Positions 9,076 to 18,926 of a stretch of 64,000 nucleotides of DNA are shown piece after piece. The translations under genes were made by a program, and so were the position numbers. This DNA is from an uncultured Acidobacteriota bacterium. Its GTDB lineage: Bacteria > Acidobacteriota > UBA6911 > RPQK01 > JAPXNP01. Position 1 is the stretch's first letter, and each line of letters starts with the position of its first letter. The stretch is from the NCBI GenBank assembly GCA_963777605.1, contig CAVZRV010000030.1:224001-288000 (forward strand), read 5' to 3'. Below the pieces are notes generated by a model, which worked only from the letters and a program-made list of their open reading frames with translations, was not told the origin of the DNA and made no database searches.

Positions 9076-11552
9076 GGCTTTCTCCCGGAGGTGGCAGCAG
9101 CAGCGGGCGTTTCCGAGTCGCCGTACCCGGTCGTGCCGCGGGCGTGCGGTCGTCGTCGGTCGCGGAGAAGCAAACCTGCACGAAGCAGCAACAGGAGCAG
9201 CAGGGTCGAAACGGAAACGAGGCTCCCCAGTCGAAAACCGCTCGGGCTGTAGCGAAACCTAACGGTGTGCCGTCCGGGTGGAACCACAACTCCTCGGAAG
9301 ATGTAGTCTGCCGGAAAGACCTCGAGCGGCCTCCCATCCTCAAGTTCGGCCTGCCAACCAGGTGCGTAGCGTTCGAAGACGACCAAGACCGATTTTGTGG
9401 GGCTTTCAGTCGAGAAGGATGCCCGTTCCGGGCTCCACTCCACCCGCTCGGGCTCCGGCAGGCCGGTGGCATCCGGAGTTTCGGGAAGGGAACTGGTCTC
9501 CACTACGGCCATCCGTTCCAGATCGGTAGCTTGCATGATCTCCAACGCCTGGTCCGGAACGGCTTGTTCCCAGTCGGCAAAGAGTGCGGCCCTGCGAGCT
9601 GCCGGGTTGGTGTAGAGCTGGAACCCGCCTACAGTCTCGGGATTCCGGAACAGGTCCGGCGGCGCGCTGCGAGCCGCCGGCGACAAGATGTAGTCGAAAT
9701 TGAGGAGCCTGAAGAGATCCCAGGAGCGAACGGTTTCAGCGGAAACCGACCAGTACGAGTCATGCTTCATGTAGTCGACCAGTTCGCCGCCATCCTTGCT
9801 TAACCACGGCTCAATGATTCTCCGCATTCGGGTGTTTGGACCGATCTTCTCGGGATCGATACTGGTCAGCCAGCGATACGCGTTCCCGAGGGACGGGTCG
9901 ATGGCCTGCATGAATCGGAAGGTGCGCTCGGGAGTCATGACGTCGTAGCCCCGCACGTCCTGGAGGTGATAGACCTGGCCGCTGTTGGAGGGAAGCAGGT
10001 TGCCGAAGGCGTAGGTCCTGGGAGGGTCGCCACGGAGAAAATCCAGGGCCGGAAGCCGCGGGTAAAGTGACTCCGCCGCTCCCCTTGGGTTCAATGGGTA
10101 GCTCAGCGGCACCAGGTCAATGAGAATAAGCAACAGGAGGGCGGCGGCAGATTTCCGGGACTGTGACCCGAGGAGGACGAGCGCGCCCAGAAGCAGTATG
10201 GCTCCGGTCCGAATGGCGTGTCCCCGCGTGATGCCGCTTGGGTCCATCTCCGACAAGTAGGGCGCAAACCGCCAGAGAGCGCCGGCCACAAGGGTAGCCC
10301 AGCTGAGAACCTGGACCACGACCATCGGGATTCTCGGCCGGTATCCGTCAACGATCCGCTGCACCCCCAGGCCAGACAAGTGCCCGATGCTGAAAATCAT
10401 CAGAACAACCAGCTTGTTTCTCCGAATCAGGTCGAATCCGGGGAGATCGAGCAAATACTCAAAAGGGGGCACACCGAGGAGAAGCAGGATGGCCGTTGCC
10501 ACCAGGAGTGCGGGGGCGATCGAAACCCGCCAACCGTTGTGACGGCGGCCCGTGAAAGCCATCGGGACGAGTAAAAGTGGCACGATCGATGCGTAGAAGG
10601 CGATGTCGTGGTAGCCCGGGAAGCCCCAGTAGTCATTGCGCAGGTGGCTGCCGAAGAAGTCGGGGACGACCAGGTTCAGGAAGGAGCCGGGGGCGTAGGG
10701 AAAACCCGACTTGATGATTCGTGGGCCGTACGGGACCATGCTCTCCGCGACGTACTGGAGCGAGGAAAGCCACTGGACCGCCGTCAAGGGAATCGAGACT
10801 GCCAGGGCAGATCCGGCTGTCATCAGCCTTTTGAATCCCGAAGATCGCCCGTAGTCCCATCTGATCAGTTCGCAGCCGAGATAAATTCCAACAGCCAGGA
10901 ATGCGGCCAGGCAGGACTGGGGCTGGCCGGCGAAGACTAGCAGGGACGCCGCAATCGCAGTCAGCGTCCAGTTCAACCACCCTGGAGATCGGAAGGTCCT
11001 CAGCGAGAAGAGAAGGATCCAGGGGAGAAGCACCGTGACGTTCGAGTAGGGGAACGGCAGCGAGACCACCGTGTGCATGGACAGGGAGAAAATCACTGCT
11101 CCCGTGAGTCCGGAGAGGGGGCTCAAGCCCTGCTCCCGAAGGAAATAAAGCATCCCGGTCAGGGTCAGTGCCAACTTGAAGGCGAAGATCCAGCCAAAGG
11201 AGAGCCGCAGAGGAAGCAGGAGGTGAAGCCACGTCAAGGGGAAGAGAAGCGCCGTCTGGGGGTTTGCAAAGAAGGGCGTGCCCAGGTAGTTGTACGGGTT
11301 CCAGAGCGGAAACCGCCCGGCGTCGAGTGACTCCTTGAAAAACTGAGCCCAGGGATAGAATTGAAAAAGCAGGTCATACTGCTGGGAGACCTCCTGGCTC
11401 GCCCCGTGTGCCTGCGAAGCCCACGGTTCCGTTTGGGTGAGAAAACCGGTCGGGATGACCGTTCGGAGTCCGATCAGGGCATCGGCGAAGAACCCGATTG
11501 CCAGTACCAGACAACAGGCAAGTGCCAAGCGGGTTCCGGGAGCGCTTTTCAT
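9072..11552 (-). CDS. YfhO family polytopic membrane protein (GT-C type glycosyltransferase)
   Basis: QFYPW..GRFPLWNPYNYLGTPFFANPQ..FP, many TM helices, C-terminal PGWQA..FRGVVVPPGRHTVRFRYSP. Confidence 0.85.
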   Translation of the reverse strand: MKSAPGTRLALACCLVLAIGFFADALIGLRTVIPTGFLTQTEPWASQAHGASQEVSQQYDLLFQFYPWAQFFKESLDAGRFPLWNPYNYLGTPFFANPQTALLFPLTWLHLLLPLRLSFGWIFAFKLALTLTGMLYFLREQGLSPLSGLTGAVIFSLSMHTVVSLPFPYSNVTVLLPWILLFSLRTFRSPGWLNWTLTAIAASLLVFAGQPQSCLAAFLAVGIYLGCELIRWDYGRSSGFKRLMTAGSALAVSIPLTAVQWLSSLQYVAESMVPYGPRIIKSGFPYAPGSFLNLVVPDFFGSHLRNDYWGFPGYHDIAFYASIVPLLLVPMAFTGRRHNGWRVSIAPALLVATAILLLLGVPPFEYLLDLPGFDLIRRNKLVVLMIFSIGHLSGLGVQRIVDGYRPRIPMVVVQVLSWATLVAGALWRFAPYLSEMDPSGITRGHAIRTGAILLLGALVLLGSQSRKSAAALLLLILIDLVPLSYPLNPRGAAESLYPRLPALDFLRGDPPRTYAFGNLLPSNSGQVYHLQDVRGYDVMTPERTFRFMQAIDPSLGNAYRWLTSIDPEKIGPNTRMRRIIEPWLSKDGGELVDYMKHDSYWSVSAETVRSWDLFRLLNFDYILSPAARSAPPDLFRNPETVGGFQLYTNPAARRAALFADWEQAVPDQALEIMQATDLERMAVVETSSLPETPDATGLPEPERVEWSPERASFSTESPTKSVLVVFERYAPGWQAELEDGRPLEVFPADYIFRGVVVPPGRHTVRFRYSPSGFRLGSLVSVSTLLLLLLLRAGLLLRDRRRPHARGTTGYGDSETPAAAATSGRKP

Positions 11553-11573
11553 GCAGGTGTGGGCAACGAGTCC

Positions 11574-12944
11574 TCAGGCCAGCCTGTGGGATTGTCTTTG
11601 AATCTTCCGCACTGCGGTGGCGACTTCGTCCATGTCCGACGGCGGTCCGAGCAATTGGGTCTGCCCGAGCCAGACTGCTTCCCGGCAAAGCCGGTCGTTC
11701 TCCGGACAACGGTTTCGCTTCTCGAACTCCCGGGCGGCCGATTCCCCGTAGATGCGGCGGAAGCCTCGCGACTCGAGAGTGTTCTTCAGGAATGCCTCCT
11801 TGTTCAGCGGACTGTAGCCTCCACTGCAGGGAATGCCTTCAGCCTTCATTGCGGCGAGAAAACGGTCTCTCGATACCCCTGCGAACGCCTCCGGATCATA
11901 GCGAAACATGTACAGGTGGAGCGCGTTGCGAGTTGTGCCCGGGTAGGACTCGGCCGGAGCGATTCCAGGGATTTCCTTCAACTGGGCAGTCAGACGGGCT
12001 GCATTCGTCTCCCGGGTGCGCGACTGCTCTTCGAGGCGTCGCAGTTGGGCCCGAAGCAGCCCCCCCTGGAATTCGGTGAGTCGCCGGTTGTCACCCTGGC
12101 GGACATAGCTGAAGCCGGTCGAAGAGGGCCCCGGACGAAGACGTCGCTCGGAGTCGACCTGGTAGGGACGTCCGGCGTCGTGGAAACTGGCACACGCAGC
12201 GGCCAGTTCGGGATCCGAAGTGGCGATCGATCCGCCTTCGCCGCAGTTGAGGTTCTTGGACGCCTGAAAACTGAAACACCCGAGACTTCCCCAAGTCCCG
12301 ACTTTTCTTCCTTTCCACTCCCCAAGGTGAGCTTGGCAGGCGTCTTCGAGCACTGGAATTCCGTGCTTCCGGCCCACCTCGAGGATGGTATCCATGTCTG
12401 CCGGGTTGCCACCAAGGTGAACCGGGATAATGCACCGGGTCCGGTCGGAGATCGCCGCTTCGATTTTGTTGGCATCAATCTGGAATGTCTTCCGGTCGCT
12501 GTCGACGAAAACCGGCATGGCGTGGTGCAGGAGCACCACGTTGATGGTCGCCACGAACGTGTAGGGAGGAACGATTACTTCGTCGCCCGGACCAACGTCT
12601 AACGCCCTCAGGCTCGTATAGAGAGCAGCAGTACCGCTGGCGGTCGCCACTATGAAGGGAGTGCCCAGCATTTCGGACCACTCTTGTTCGAAGCCGGCGA
12701 CCTCGGGTCCCCGGTTCCACCGCCCGCGATCGAACACTTCAACCCAGCTGGTCCGGTCTTCCGGAGCAACGATCGGCCAGGAGGGGAAAGGCTTCGTCCG
12801 GACCGCTTTTCCCCCAAGCAGGGCGAGCGGCTCGTCAACTGCAGCCGCGGGAACTACCGCAGGGGCCTTGGCCGAGACGCTCAGGGCTGCGCTCGCGACA
12901 GACACTGACCCAATGAATCCTCGTCGTGACACCAGATTGCTCAT
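11574..12944 (-). CDS. DegT/DnrJ/EryC1/StrS PLP-dependent aminotransferase (AHBA-synthase-like) with Tat signal peptide
   Basis: SRRGFI twin-arginine signal; SGTAAL, GDEVIVPPYTFVAT, EDACQAH, FSFQASKNL..GEGG. Confidence 0.9.
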   Translation of the reverse strand: MSNLVSRRGFIGSVSVASAALSVSAKAPAVVPAAAVDEPLALLGGKAVRTKPFPSWPIVAPEDRTSWVEVFDRGRWNRGPEVAGFEQEWSEMLGTPFIVATASGTAALYTSLRALDVGPGDEVIVPPYTFVATINVVLLHHAMPVFVDSDRKTFQIDANKIEAAISDRTRCIIPVHLGGNPADMDTILEVGRKHGIPVLEDACQAHLGEWKGRKVGTWGSLGCFSFQASKNLNCGEGGSIATSDPELAAACASFHDAGRPYQVDSERRLRPGPSSTGFSYVRQGDNRRLTEFQGGLLRAQLRRLEEQSRTRETNAARLTAQLKEIPGIAPAESYPGTTRNALHLYMFRYDPEAFAGVSRDRFLAAMKAEGIPCSGGYSPLNKEAFLKNTLESRGFRRIYGESAAREFEKRNRCPENDRLCREAVWLGQTQLLGPPSDMDEVATAVRKIQRQSHRLA

Positions 12945-14317
12945 GGCTGCTCCTTAGCCTGAAGGTCTTTGACCATATCGGTTGCTTGGGAAATGATTCG
13001 ATCCTCAACTGACTCTTCGAACGGGCCGGGCTGTCCGTAATAGATCATCGAATCCTTGGCCTCGTAACCACCTTCCCGCAGGATACGCCGGGAGGGGACG
13101 TAGAACGATACGTCGTTGGAATAGCCCGCCACCCATAGGTCCGGGTTCTCCGTCTCGCGCCGCAGGCGGATGGAGTAATCGACGACCACCTCACCTGCGA
13201 GCGCAACGAGTGTAAGCGCCTTTCCGAGCCGCAGGGCCTGAATCGGATAGGAATAATCCCGGTTGATCTCTCCCTTTTTGTTCAGGACCTCGAGGTAATG
13301 GCGGGAGTGCTTCTGAATATAGGGGTTGTCCGATCGAGTGCCCGCTTCCAGTTCAGCTCGGCTGGGGGGAAGATCAAACCGAATCACGGCTCGATCAAGG
13401 CGTGTCGCGATGGTCCCATCGACCGGTTCCAGGGGGCCATTCAGGCTGTCCAGTATAGCATCGGCCAGTTCGTCACCGTAACGCTCGGCCTGTTCGTAGG
13501 TGCCGCGGGGAGCGGGGTTGGCGTCCCCCGAAGTCCCGTTCAGGAAAAGAGCAGTCGCGCCCGGCAGGCGGGATTCCAGATGTTTCTGGGCAATCCCGGC
13601 CCAGTCGCCGTGGTAGCGATAGTTGTCGGCACCGAGCGTTGTGCAGTGGCACGAGTAGCTGAACAGCACCGCGAGCGGGGCGCCGTTTTCCTGGTCGATC
13701 GTCATGAACGAAACCCGGTGGTCAACCGGACCGAGTCGGTTGACCCCGATCTGGTAGCCGCGGGACGTCGCAACGCGCCGGTTGACGGCAAATGTCGCGG
13801 TCGTCTTGCCCCAGGAAATGCGAGCCGGTTGCAGGCGTGAAACCGCCTCTTCGATCAGGCCGGCCATCCTCGGCTTCAGGGCGTCGGTGTACGCCTGGAC
13901 AGCTTCGGCCTGTTCCGGCGACATGTCGTAGGCAATGCGCAGAACGTCGGACAATGCCGGGCCGGAATGGGTGTGCGAGGCATTGAACAGCATCTGATCC
14001 CGGGAAAGGCCTAATTTCTTGCTTGCTGCATCGGCTACGTCATCGGCAAACCGCGCTGAAAAGCCGAGCAAATCCGCCGTGACAATGACAACCCGTCTGC
14101 CCTGTCCGTCTTCGAGAGCGAGGGCTTTTGCGAATAGCGGAAGTGCGGTCCCCTCGGCCGGCTTGACCCGAGCAGCGTATCCTGCCATCCAGATGGGGAC
14201 GGAAGGGGTAATCTCGATCTTTGCGGTGCCGGCCTTCCAGGAGGCCTGCGCCCAAACCGGTTGGATCGCAAACAGAATTGAGAAAATAGCCAGTAGTCTT
14301 GCCAATTTTGGTCCCAT
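12941..14317 (-). CDS. Secreted neutral/alkaline ceramidase-like amidohydrolase
   Basis: Signal peptide; ITP..MAGY..R, ASHTHSGP, NRR, CHCT, G.SGD.NP, GEVVVDY, GGYE. Confidence 0.8.
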   Translation of the reverse strand: MGPKLARLLAIFSILFAIQPVWAQASWKAGTAKIEITPSVPIWMAGYAARVKPAEGTALPLFAKALALEDGQGRRVVIVTADLLGFSARFADDVADAASKKLGLSRDQMLFNASHTHSGPALSDVLRIAYDMSPEQAEAVQAYTDALKPRMAGLIEEAVSRLQPARISWGKTTATFAVNRRVATSRGYQIGVNRLGPVDHRVSFMTIDQENGAPLAVLFSYSCHCTTLGADNYRYHGDWAGIAQKHLESRLPGATALFLNGTSGDANPAPRGTYEQAERYGDELADAILDSLNGPLEPVDGTIATRLDRAVIRFDLPPSRAELEAGTRSDNPYIQKHSRHYLEVLNKKGEINRDYSYPIQALRLGKALTLVALAGEVVVDYSIRLRRETENPDLWVAGYSNDVSFYVPSRRILREGGYEAKDSMIYYGQPGPFEESVEDRIISQATDMVKDLQAKEQP

Positions 14318-14457
14318 CCTACCTCCGCCCAGTGATGCGGTCAACGCCGGCCTGCTCCGCTGAACTCTGAGAGTGCCATATGATGTGTGACAGAACACCA
14401 GGGCCATCGGCCGCGATAACGGATTGAGTTATCTGCTGCCTATGTTAGGATTTGGGT

Positions 14458-15456
14458 ATGAAACCCTTAACCGTCGTCGGGCTTCTTGGGTTGCTTGCGT
14501 CGGTCACTCTCATGATGGGTCAGGGACAACGGGAACCCCTCGGCTCAAATCCGTTCGGTACCACCAGGCACGTTATCTTTGGGGACATCAGGGTGCAAGA
14601 GCCGGAAGGCGGAGTGAAGGCCGCTCCGACTTTCCTTGTGACCTTGACGAAAATCGGAGGCGCCGTGGTTGGACGGGATACCGTCCCCTCCAACGGCCGC
14701 TTTCGCTTTAACGGTATCCAGAATGGCGAATATGTGCTCACGGTCGAGGTGGATACGAAGGTCGTGTATAAGGAGCAGTTTCTGCTTGCCGAGCAGCGAA
14801 GTACCGACATCCGGAAGGACATCGAGTTGATGTGGACCGGAACCGGCGTGAAACCCGAGGGGGGAGTGCTTTATGTCCGGTCCTCCGCCAATCAGAAAAA
14901 GTTCGATCAGGCACGCGAGATGGGAGAGAAGGGCGATCACAAGGCAGAAGCCAAGCTGTTCAAGGAGATCCTCAAGAGTGATGGCGAAGATTTCGAAGCT
15001 GCCACCGAACTGGGAACCGCACTCTTTCTCAGTCGTGATTATGGGGATTCCGAAAAGGCCTACCGTTCCGCCCTGCGTGCGAAAGACGATTACCTGCCCG
15101 CCCTCGTGAATCTGGGAAAACTCTTGATAGCCCAAAAGCACTACGAGGACGCTCTCAAACCGCTGGACCAGGCATTGCAATTGGACCCGCAGCGGGCCGA
15201 GACGAATGATCTGCTCGGCGAGGCCTACCTCGGGATGCGCAAGGGCTCGAAAGCGGTCGGTTACCTGAACGAGGCAATTCGACTGGACCCGGACGGAATG
15301 GCCGACGTTCACCTGCGGCTTGGGCAACTCTATGACGCGGCCGGTTTGAAGGACCAGGCGGTCAACGAGTTTCGACAGTATCTGGCAAAGCGGCCCGATT
15401 CCCCGCAAAAGGCGGCTCTCGAAAAATACGTTGCCGCACACTCGGCAACTCAGTAA
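14458..15456 (+). CDS. Secreted TPR protein with N-terminal carboxypeptidase-regulatory-like (prealbumin-fold) domain
   Basis: Signal peptide; GRFRFNGIQNGEYVLTVE; multiple TPRs (LG....YRSAL, NLGKLL..ALQLDP). Confidence 0.8.
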   Translation: MKPLTVVGLLGLLASVTLMMGQGQREPLGSNPFGTTRHVIFGDIRVQEPEGGVKAAPTFLVTLTKIGGAVVGRDTVPSNGRFRFNGIQNGEYVLTVEVDTKVVYKEQFLLAEQRSTDIRKDIELMWTGTGVKPEGGVLYVRSSANQKKFDQAREMGEKGDHKAEAKLFKEILKSDGEDFEAATELGTALFLSRDYGDSEKAYRSALRAKDDYLPALVNLGKLLIAQKHYEDALKPLDQALQLDPQRAETNDLLGEAYLGMRKGSKAVGYLNEAIRLDPDGMADVHLRLGQLYDAAGLKDQAVNEFRQYLAKRPDSPQKAALEKYVAAHSATQ

Positions 15457-15525
15457 ATCGGGGCACCGGTCCTGCAAGCCAGATTCCGTCGCGATTCGGG
15501 ATTCGTTCGAAGGAGGAGATCAATC

Positions 15526-15927
15526 GTGAAAGATGCACCGTACAGCCTATTGAAGGACCTTCCGGGCCTAAGCCTGGAAGAGGCAGAAGCGAAGGTTACG
15601 CAGGCTTTGAAAGAAGAAGGGTTCGGAATCCTGACCCGGATTGACGTCAAGGCAACTCTCAAGCAGAAGCTGGACGTCGATTTCCGGCCCTACGTGATCC
15701 TGGGAGCCTGCAATCCCAAGTTGGCCAACCGGGCCCTGTCCGAGGACGATTCGGTGGGTCTGCTGCTTCCCTGCAACGTCGTCGTGGCTGAGGGAAGTGG
15801 CGGAGCGGAGGTCGCCCTCGCGCGACCCCAGACCATGTTCGAGATGGTTGACAATCCGGCGGTTCAGCCCGTGGCCGACGAGGCCGAGGAGCGGATTCAA
15901 CGAGTCTTCCGAAGCCTGGGAGCCTGA
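15526..15927 (+). CDS. DUF302 family protein
   Basis: ALKEEGFGILTRIDV..YVILGACNP..GLLLPCNVVV signature. Confidence 0.9.
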   Translation: MKDAPYSLLKDLPGLSLEEAEAKVTQALKEEGFGILTRIDVKATLKQKLDVDFRPYVILGACNPKLANRALSEDDSVGLLLPCNVVVAEGSGGAEVALARPQTMFEMVDNPAVQPVADEAEERIQRVFRSLGA

Positions 15928-16035
15928 CCAGCGGCGAGCTCCGGGGCGGCCTCGAGGTCGCGATGTGGGCGAGTGCGACTCCAGCTTCCCTCAACCCGCT
16001 GGAAGTTCTTCGGGAGCCCGGACCGAGGAGACCAC

Positions 16036-16980
16036 CTACCCGCGTTTGATCACAACGTAAGTGATGTCGTCCTTCGGGATGCAGAAGGCATGAATCTCTT
16101 CCTGGACAGCCTCGAAGATCTCCCGTGCGCTCAGGTGGGCCGTTCGTCTTAGGACGGCCTCGAGGTGGGCCGGGAAGAAAGCCTCTCCGGACCTCTCGTG
16201 CTCCGAGAGTCCGTCGGTGAAGAGAATCAGAATGTCGCCGGTTCCCATCAGCTTGATCTCGTTTACCTCATAACGGGACTTGAATCCCAGGGAAGGCTTG
16301 AAAATTCGGCGATCAATGTCTTCCGACGAGGGCATCGTCCCGATGAGGGGAAAAGTGGTCAATGTCTCCGGGCAGATATCGACAAATCGGTCGAATTCGC
16401 GAGAGAACACAACCGGCGCCGGATGAGCCGCCGAAATGAAGCGAAACCTCCCGTCCTGTTCAATCTCGCCATAGAGCAGGGTCAGGAATTTGCTGACGCT
16501 CGACGACTTGAAGAAACGCGTGTTGAGGTTCTCGAACAGGCGAGTCGTGATCTCGCCGAACATGTCCAACTCGTAGATTGCCCCGAGCAGAAATGCCTGG
16601 TGCAGCATCAACGCAAGCAGCGCGTCTGTCAGGCGGTGCCCGGCGACGTCCGCTATGGCAATGCCGGCCTTCTCTCGGCAACGCTCCAGGTTCCGAGCGA
16701 TTTCCTGTTTGCCGCGGCGGAGGGCGTCAGCGATACGGGCATCGAGGTCGTAGCGTTTCTTGAAATCGATGTAGATCAGGTGGTCGCCCCCGATAACTCC
16801 GTTCAGCGGCAGGGATCGGCCATAGACGTCGATTCCCAGCAGGGACGGGATATCCCCCGGCGACGGGATCAGATAGGAAGCGATCTCTTCGAAGTTATCG
16901 ATCTCGGCAGCGGTGTCCGAAGGAGCTTGAGCAATGTATTCTTCCACTTCAGTGAACTCCGACAAACTGTCACGGTACAA
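16036..16980 (-). CDS. PP2C/SpoIIE-family (RsbU-like) serine phosphatase without a sensor domain
   Basis: IGGD, ADVAGH, SAAHP, FTDGL, DDIT motifs; TTG start is uncertain. Confidence 0.85.
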   Translation of the reverse strand: MYRDSLSEFTEVEEYIAQAPSDTAAEIDNFEEIASYLIPSPGDIPSLLGIDVYGRSLPLNGVIGGDHLIYIDFKKRYDLDARIADALRRGKQEIARNLERCREKAGIAIADVAGHRLTDALLALMLHQAFLLGAIYELDMFGEITTRLFENLNTRFFKSSSVSKFLTLLYGEIEQDGRFRFISAAHPAPVVFSREFDRFVDICPETLTTFPLIGTMPSSEDIDRRIFKPSLGFKSRYEVNEIKLMGTGDILILFTDGLSEHERSGEAFFPAHLEAVLRRTAHLSAREIFEAVQEEIHAFCIPKDDITYVVIKRG

Positions 16981-17042
16981 GTTGTAACCGGCACTATCCT
17001 ACCCGAAGAGTGGGACGTCCGTTGCGCAGAATCGACGGCCGC

Positions 17043-17408
17043 CTAGAAGGGCTTGAAATTGGCCAGATAGGCAGCGAACAGAGCCGCCCCGAAAGCCACC
17101 CACCAGAGGACGCCGACCCCGGAGCGGAGCCGGGCCAGCAGTGCGATCAATCCCCCGAAGAGAATCCAGATGATCAACTTCCCGAAGATCCAGCCCGGCC
17201 ACGGCCAGGTGACCCCGAGGCGGGCCAGCAGGCCAAATCCGGCGAAGAGGATCAGGACAAGCCCAATTCCATTGAGTATCGATAAGCGGCGCTTCCAGTC
17301 GGTTCCCGTTTCCGATACGGTGCGGTCAACCATCAAGCCGCCGAGGGAGAGCAGAAGTAGAAAGACCCCGGCTAGGTGCAGGACCTTGTATCCCAGGTAA
17401 GAAATCAT
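17043..17408 (-). CDS. Small four-TM membrane protein (hypothetical)
   Basis: YKVLHL..GFGLLARL..W...KL..W pattern with four hydrophobic segments; start placed at MISYLG after a -10 box. Confidence 0.7.
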   Translation of the reverse strand: MISYLGYKVLHLAGVFLLLLSLGGLMVDRTVSETGTDWKRRLSILNGIGLVLILFAGFGLLARLGVTWPWPGWIFGKLIIWILFGGLIALLARLRSGVGVLWWVAFGAALFAAYLANFKPF

Positions 17409-17466
17409 AGGGCGCATTCTATCCCATCCGCACTTTTCTGAAGTCCAACGTTATTTAGTAATTGAG

Positions 17467-17901
17467 ATGGCAAAACGGGGGATGACGCTGATTGAGTGCC
17501 TGGTCGTTCTTGCTCTGCTTACACTTGCAGCCGCGATCAGTCTTCCCCTGGCCCGGGAAGCAAAAAGCGCCTTTGAACTGCGGACCACCGCGGAACTGTT
17601 GGTCGCCGAACTGGCTGGAACCCGGGCCTGGGCAGTCAGCCACAACGCTCCGGTCTGTGTTCTCGTGGCGGAAACAGGCGAGGCTTACGGCTTTGCGATT
17701 CCAGGGCGGGAGCCCGACCGGTGGACCGGACTGCCCCGGGGAATCCGCTTCGTTCGTCGGCCGCGCCGCCCATTGACCTTCCATTCGCGGGGAAACGTCG
17801 CTCCCGCGGGGACTCTTGTCTTGCGTTCGGCGGCAGGTGAGGTGCGAGTGGTGGTTGCCCCGATGGGGAGAGTCCGCTGGGAGTGGATAACAAACGAGTG
17901 A
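17467..17901 (+). CDS. Type IV minor pilin, FimT/GspH-like
   Basis: Class III signal KRG|MTLIE, hydrophobic helix, C-terminal ..F..RG..GTL..VVVAPMGRVR. Confidence 0.85.
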   Translation: MAKRGMTLIECLVVLALLTLAAAISLPLAREAKSAFELRTTAELLVAELAGTRAWAVSHNAPVCVLVAETGEAYGFAIPGREPDRWTGLPRGIRFVRRPRRPLTFHSRGNVAPAGTLVLRSAAGEVRVVVAPMGRVRWEWITNE

Positions 17902-17974
17902 TTTTGCGGATTGGGGCAAAGCGGTAAGCCGGTGCAGAGATGCTGAAGCCTGAGCAATGGAGGAGAGGTGATGA

Positions 17975-18388
17975 ATGGAAGCACTGACTGGGCGGGATCG
18001 GGTTGGACCGGACGAGGAAGCGGATTCGGGACGACAAGGCAGAAGCAGCCCGGCGAAGCGTCGCCGCGTGCCTTCGTGCCAGGAAGTCCCGAGCGATCGA
18101 GCGTCCGGTTTCGGCCTGCTCGAAGTGGCGATTGCGATGGTGATCGTCGTGGTTGGACTGGTGGCTCTCCTGGGGGCGCTTTCGTCGGTCTTAGTCATGC
18201 AGGTTCGTCTTCGGGAAAGCTCCCTCGAAACCGCCCGCCGCTGGTCGGACGTCGAGCGGATCCGGGCGGGCTCGGGCGCTACGGAGGCGGGGCAGAAGCT
18301 CGTGATTTCACCGGAGATGCGGCCGTTGCGGGAGTACGTGGTCGGAGATTCTCAAGGTGTGGAGTGGAGGGTCTGGCGTGACGACTGA
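17975..18388 (+). CDS. Type IV minor pilin, PilV-like (start uncertain)
   Basis: RASG|FGLLEVAIAMVIVVVGL prepilin motif. Confidence 0.7.
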   Translation: MEALTGRDRVGPDEEADSGRQGRSSPAKRRRVPSCQEVPSDRASGFGLLEVAIAMVIVVVGLVALLGALSSVLVMQVRLRESSLETARRWSDVERIRAGSGATEAGQKLVISPEMRPLREYVVGDSQGVEWRVWRDD

Positions 18389-18926
18389 AACGGGAAGCAC
18401 ACTGCTCGAGACGGTTTGGGCTCTCCTCCTGGCGATCATCCTGGCCGGGGCGTCGTTCAGTGTTGCCGTCCGGTTTCAGGAGTGCGCCGATATCACCGGG
18501 GCGGTCCTGGAGCGGGATTCCAGTTTGAAATTGTTGCCGTTGCTCTGTTCCACGTGGCTGTCAGCCGGAGGATGCTCCGTCGAGCCCGGGTCGGTTGAGT
18601 TCCCCCTCCTGGCCGGGGACAGGATTCGATCGTGGGCGGATCTGGACGGCCCCGATGGTTTCCCCGACGGTGACCTGGACGAGCCGTTTGAGAACGTCGC
18701 CGTAGGGGTTTCGGGCGGCTCGTTGACGCTTCAGAGCGGGCGGGGCTCGGCCCAACCGGCCCTGACCTGCCTGAGTGAGGGAAGGTTCCGGCAGGAAACT
18801 CCGGCCCTCATTCTGTTTGAGTTCACCGCAACGGCCTCTCCCAAGGTCGGAAATCGGGCCGTGGAACTACAGTCCACCGTGCCGGTTGCACTTCGCAATC
18901 GACGGGCGGACCTTGTTCCCAGGTGA
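18378..18926 (+). CDS. Type IV minor pilin, PilW-like
   Basis: GTG start after GGAGG; ETG|STLLETVWALLLAIIL; DLDG..DGD..E motif; QP motif. Confidence 0.7.
   Translation: MTTETGSTLLETVWALLLAIILAGASFSVAVRFQECADITGAVLERDSSLKLLPLLCSTWLSAGGCSVEPGSVEFPLLAGDRIRSWADLDGPDGFPDGDLDEPFENVAVGVSGGSLTLQSGRGSAQPALTCLSEGRFRQETPALILFEFTATASPKVGNRAVELQSTVPVALRNRRADLVPR

Noticed and set aside
11574-12944. AHBA/ansamycin or aminoglycoside biosynthetic cluster
   Set aside because: No PKS, kinase, cyclase or NDP-sugar genes nearby, and the enzyme has an export signal.
15461-15476. Sigma-54 promoter upstream of DUF302 (GGCACCGGTCCTGCA)
   Set aside because: GG-N10-GC spacing is present but it lacks the leading T and TTGC; too likely by chance in GC-rich DNA.
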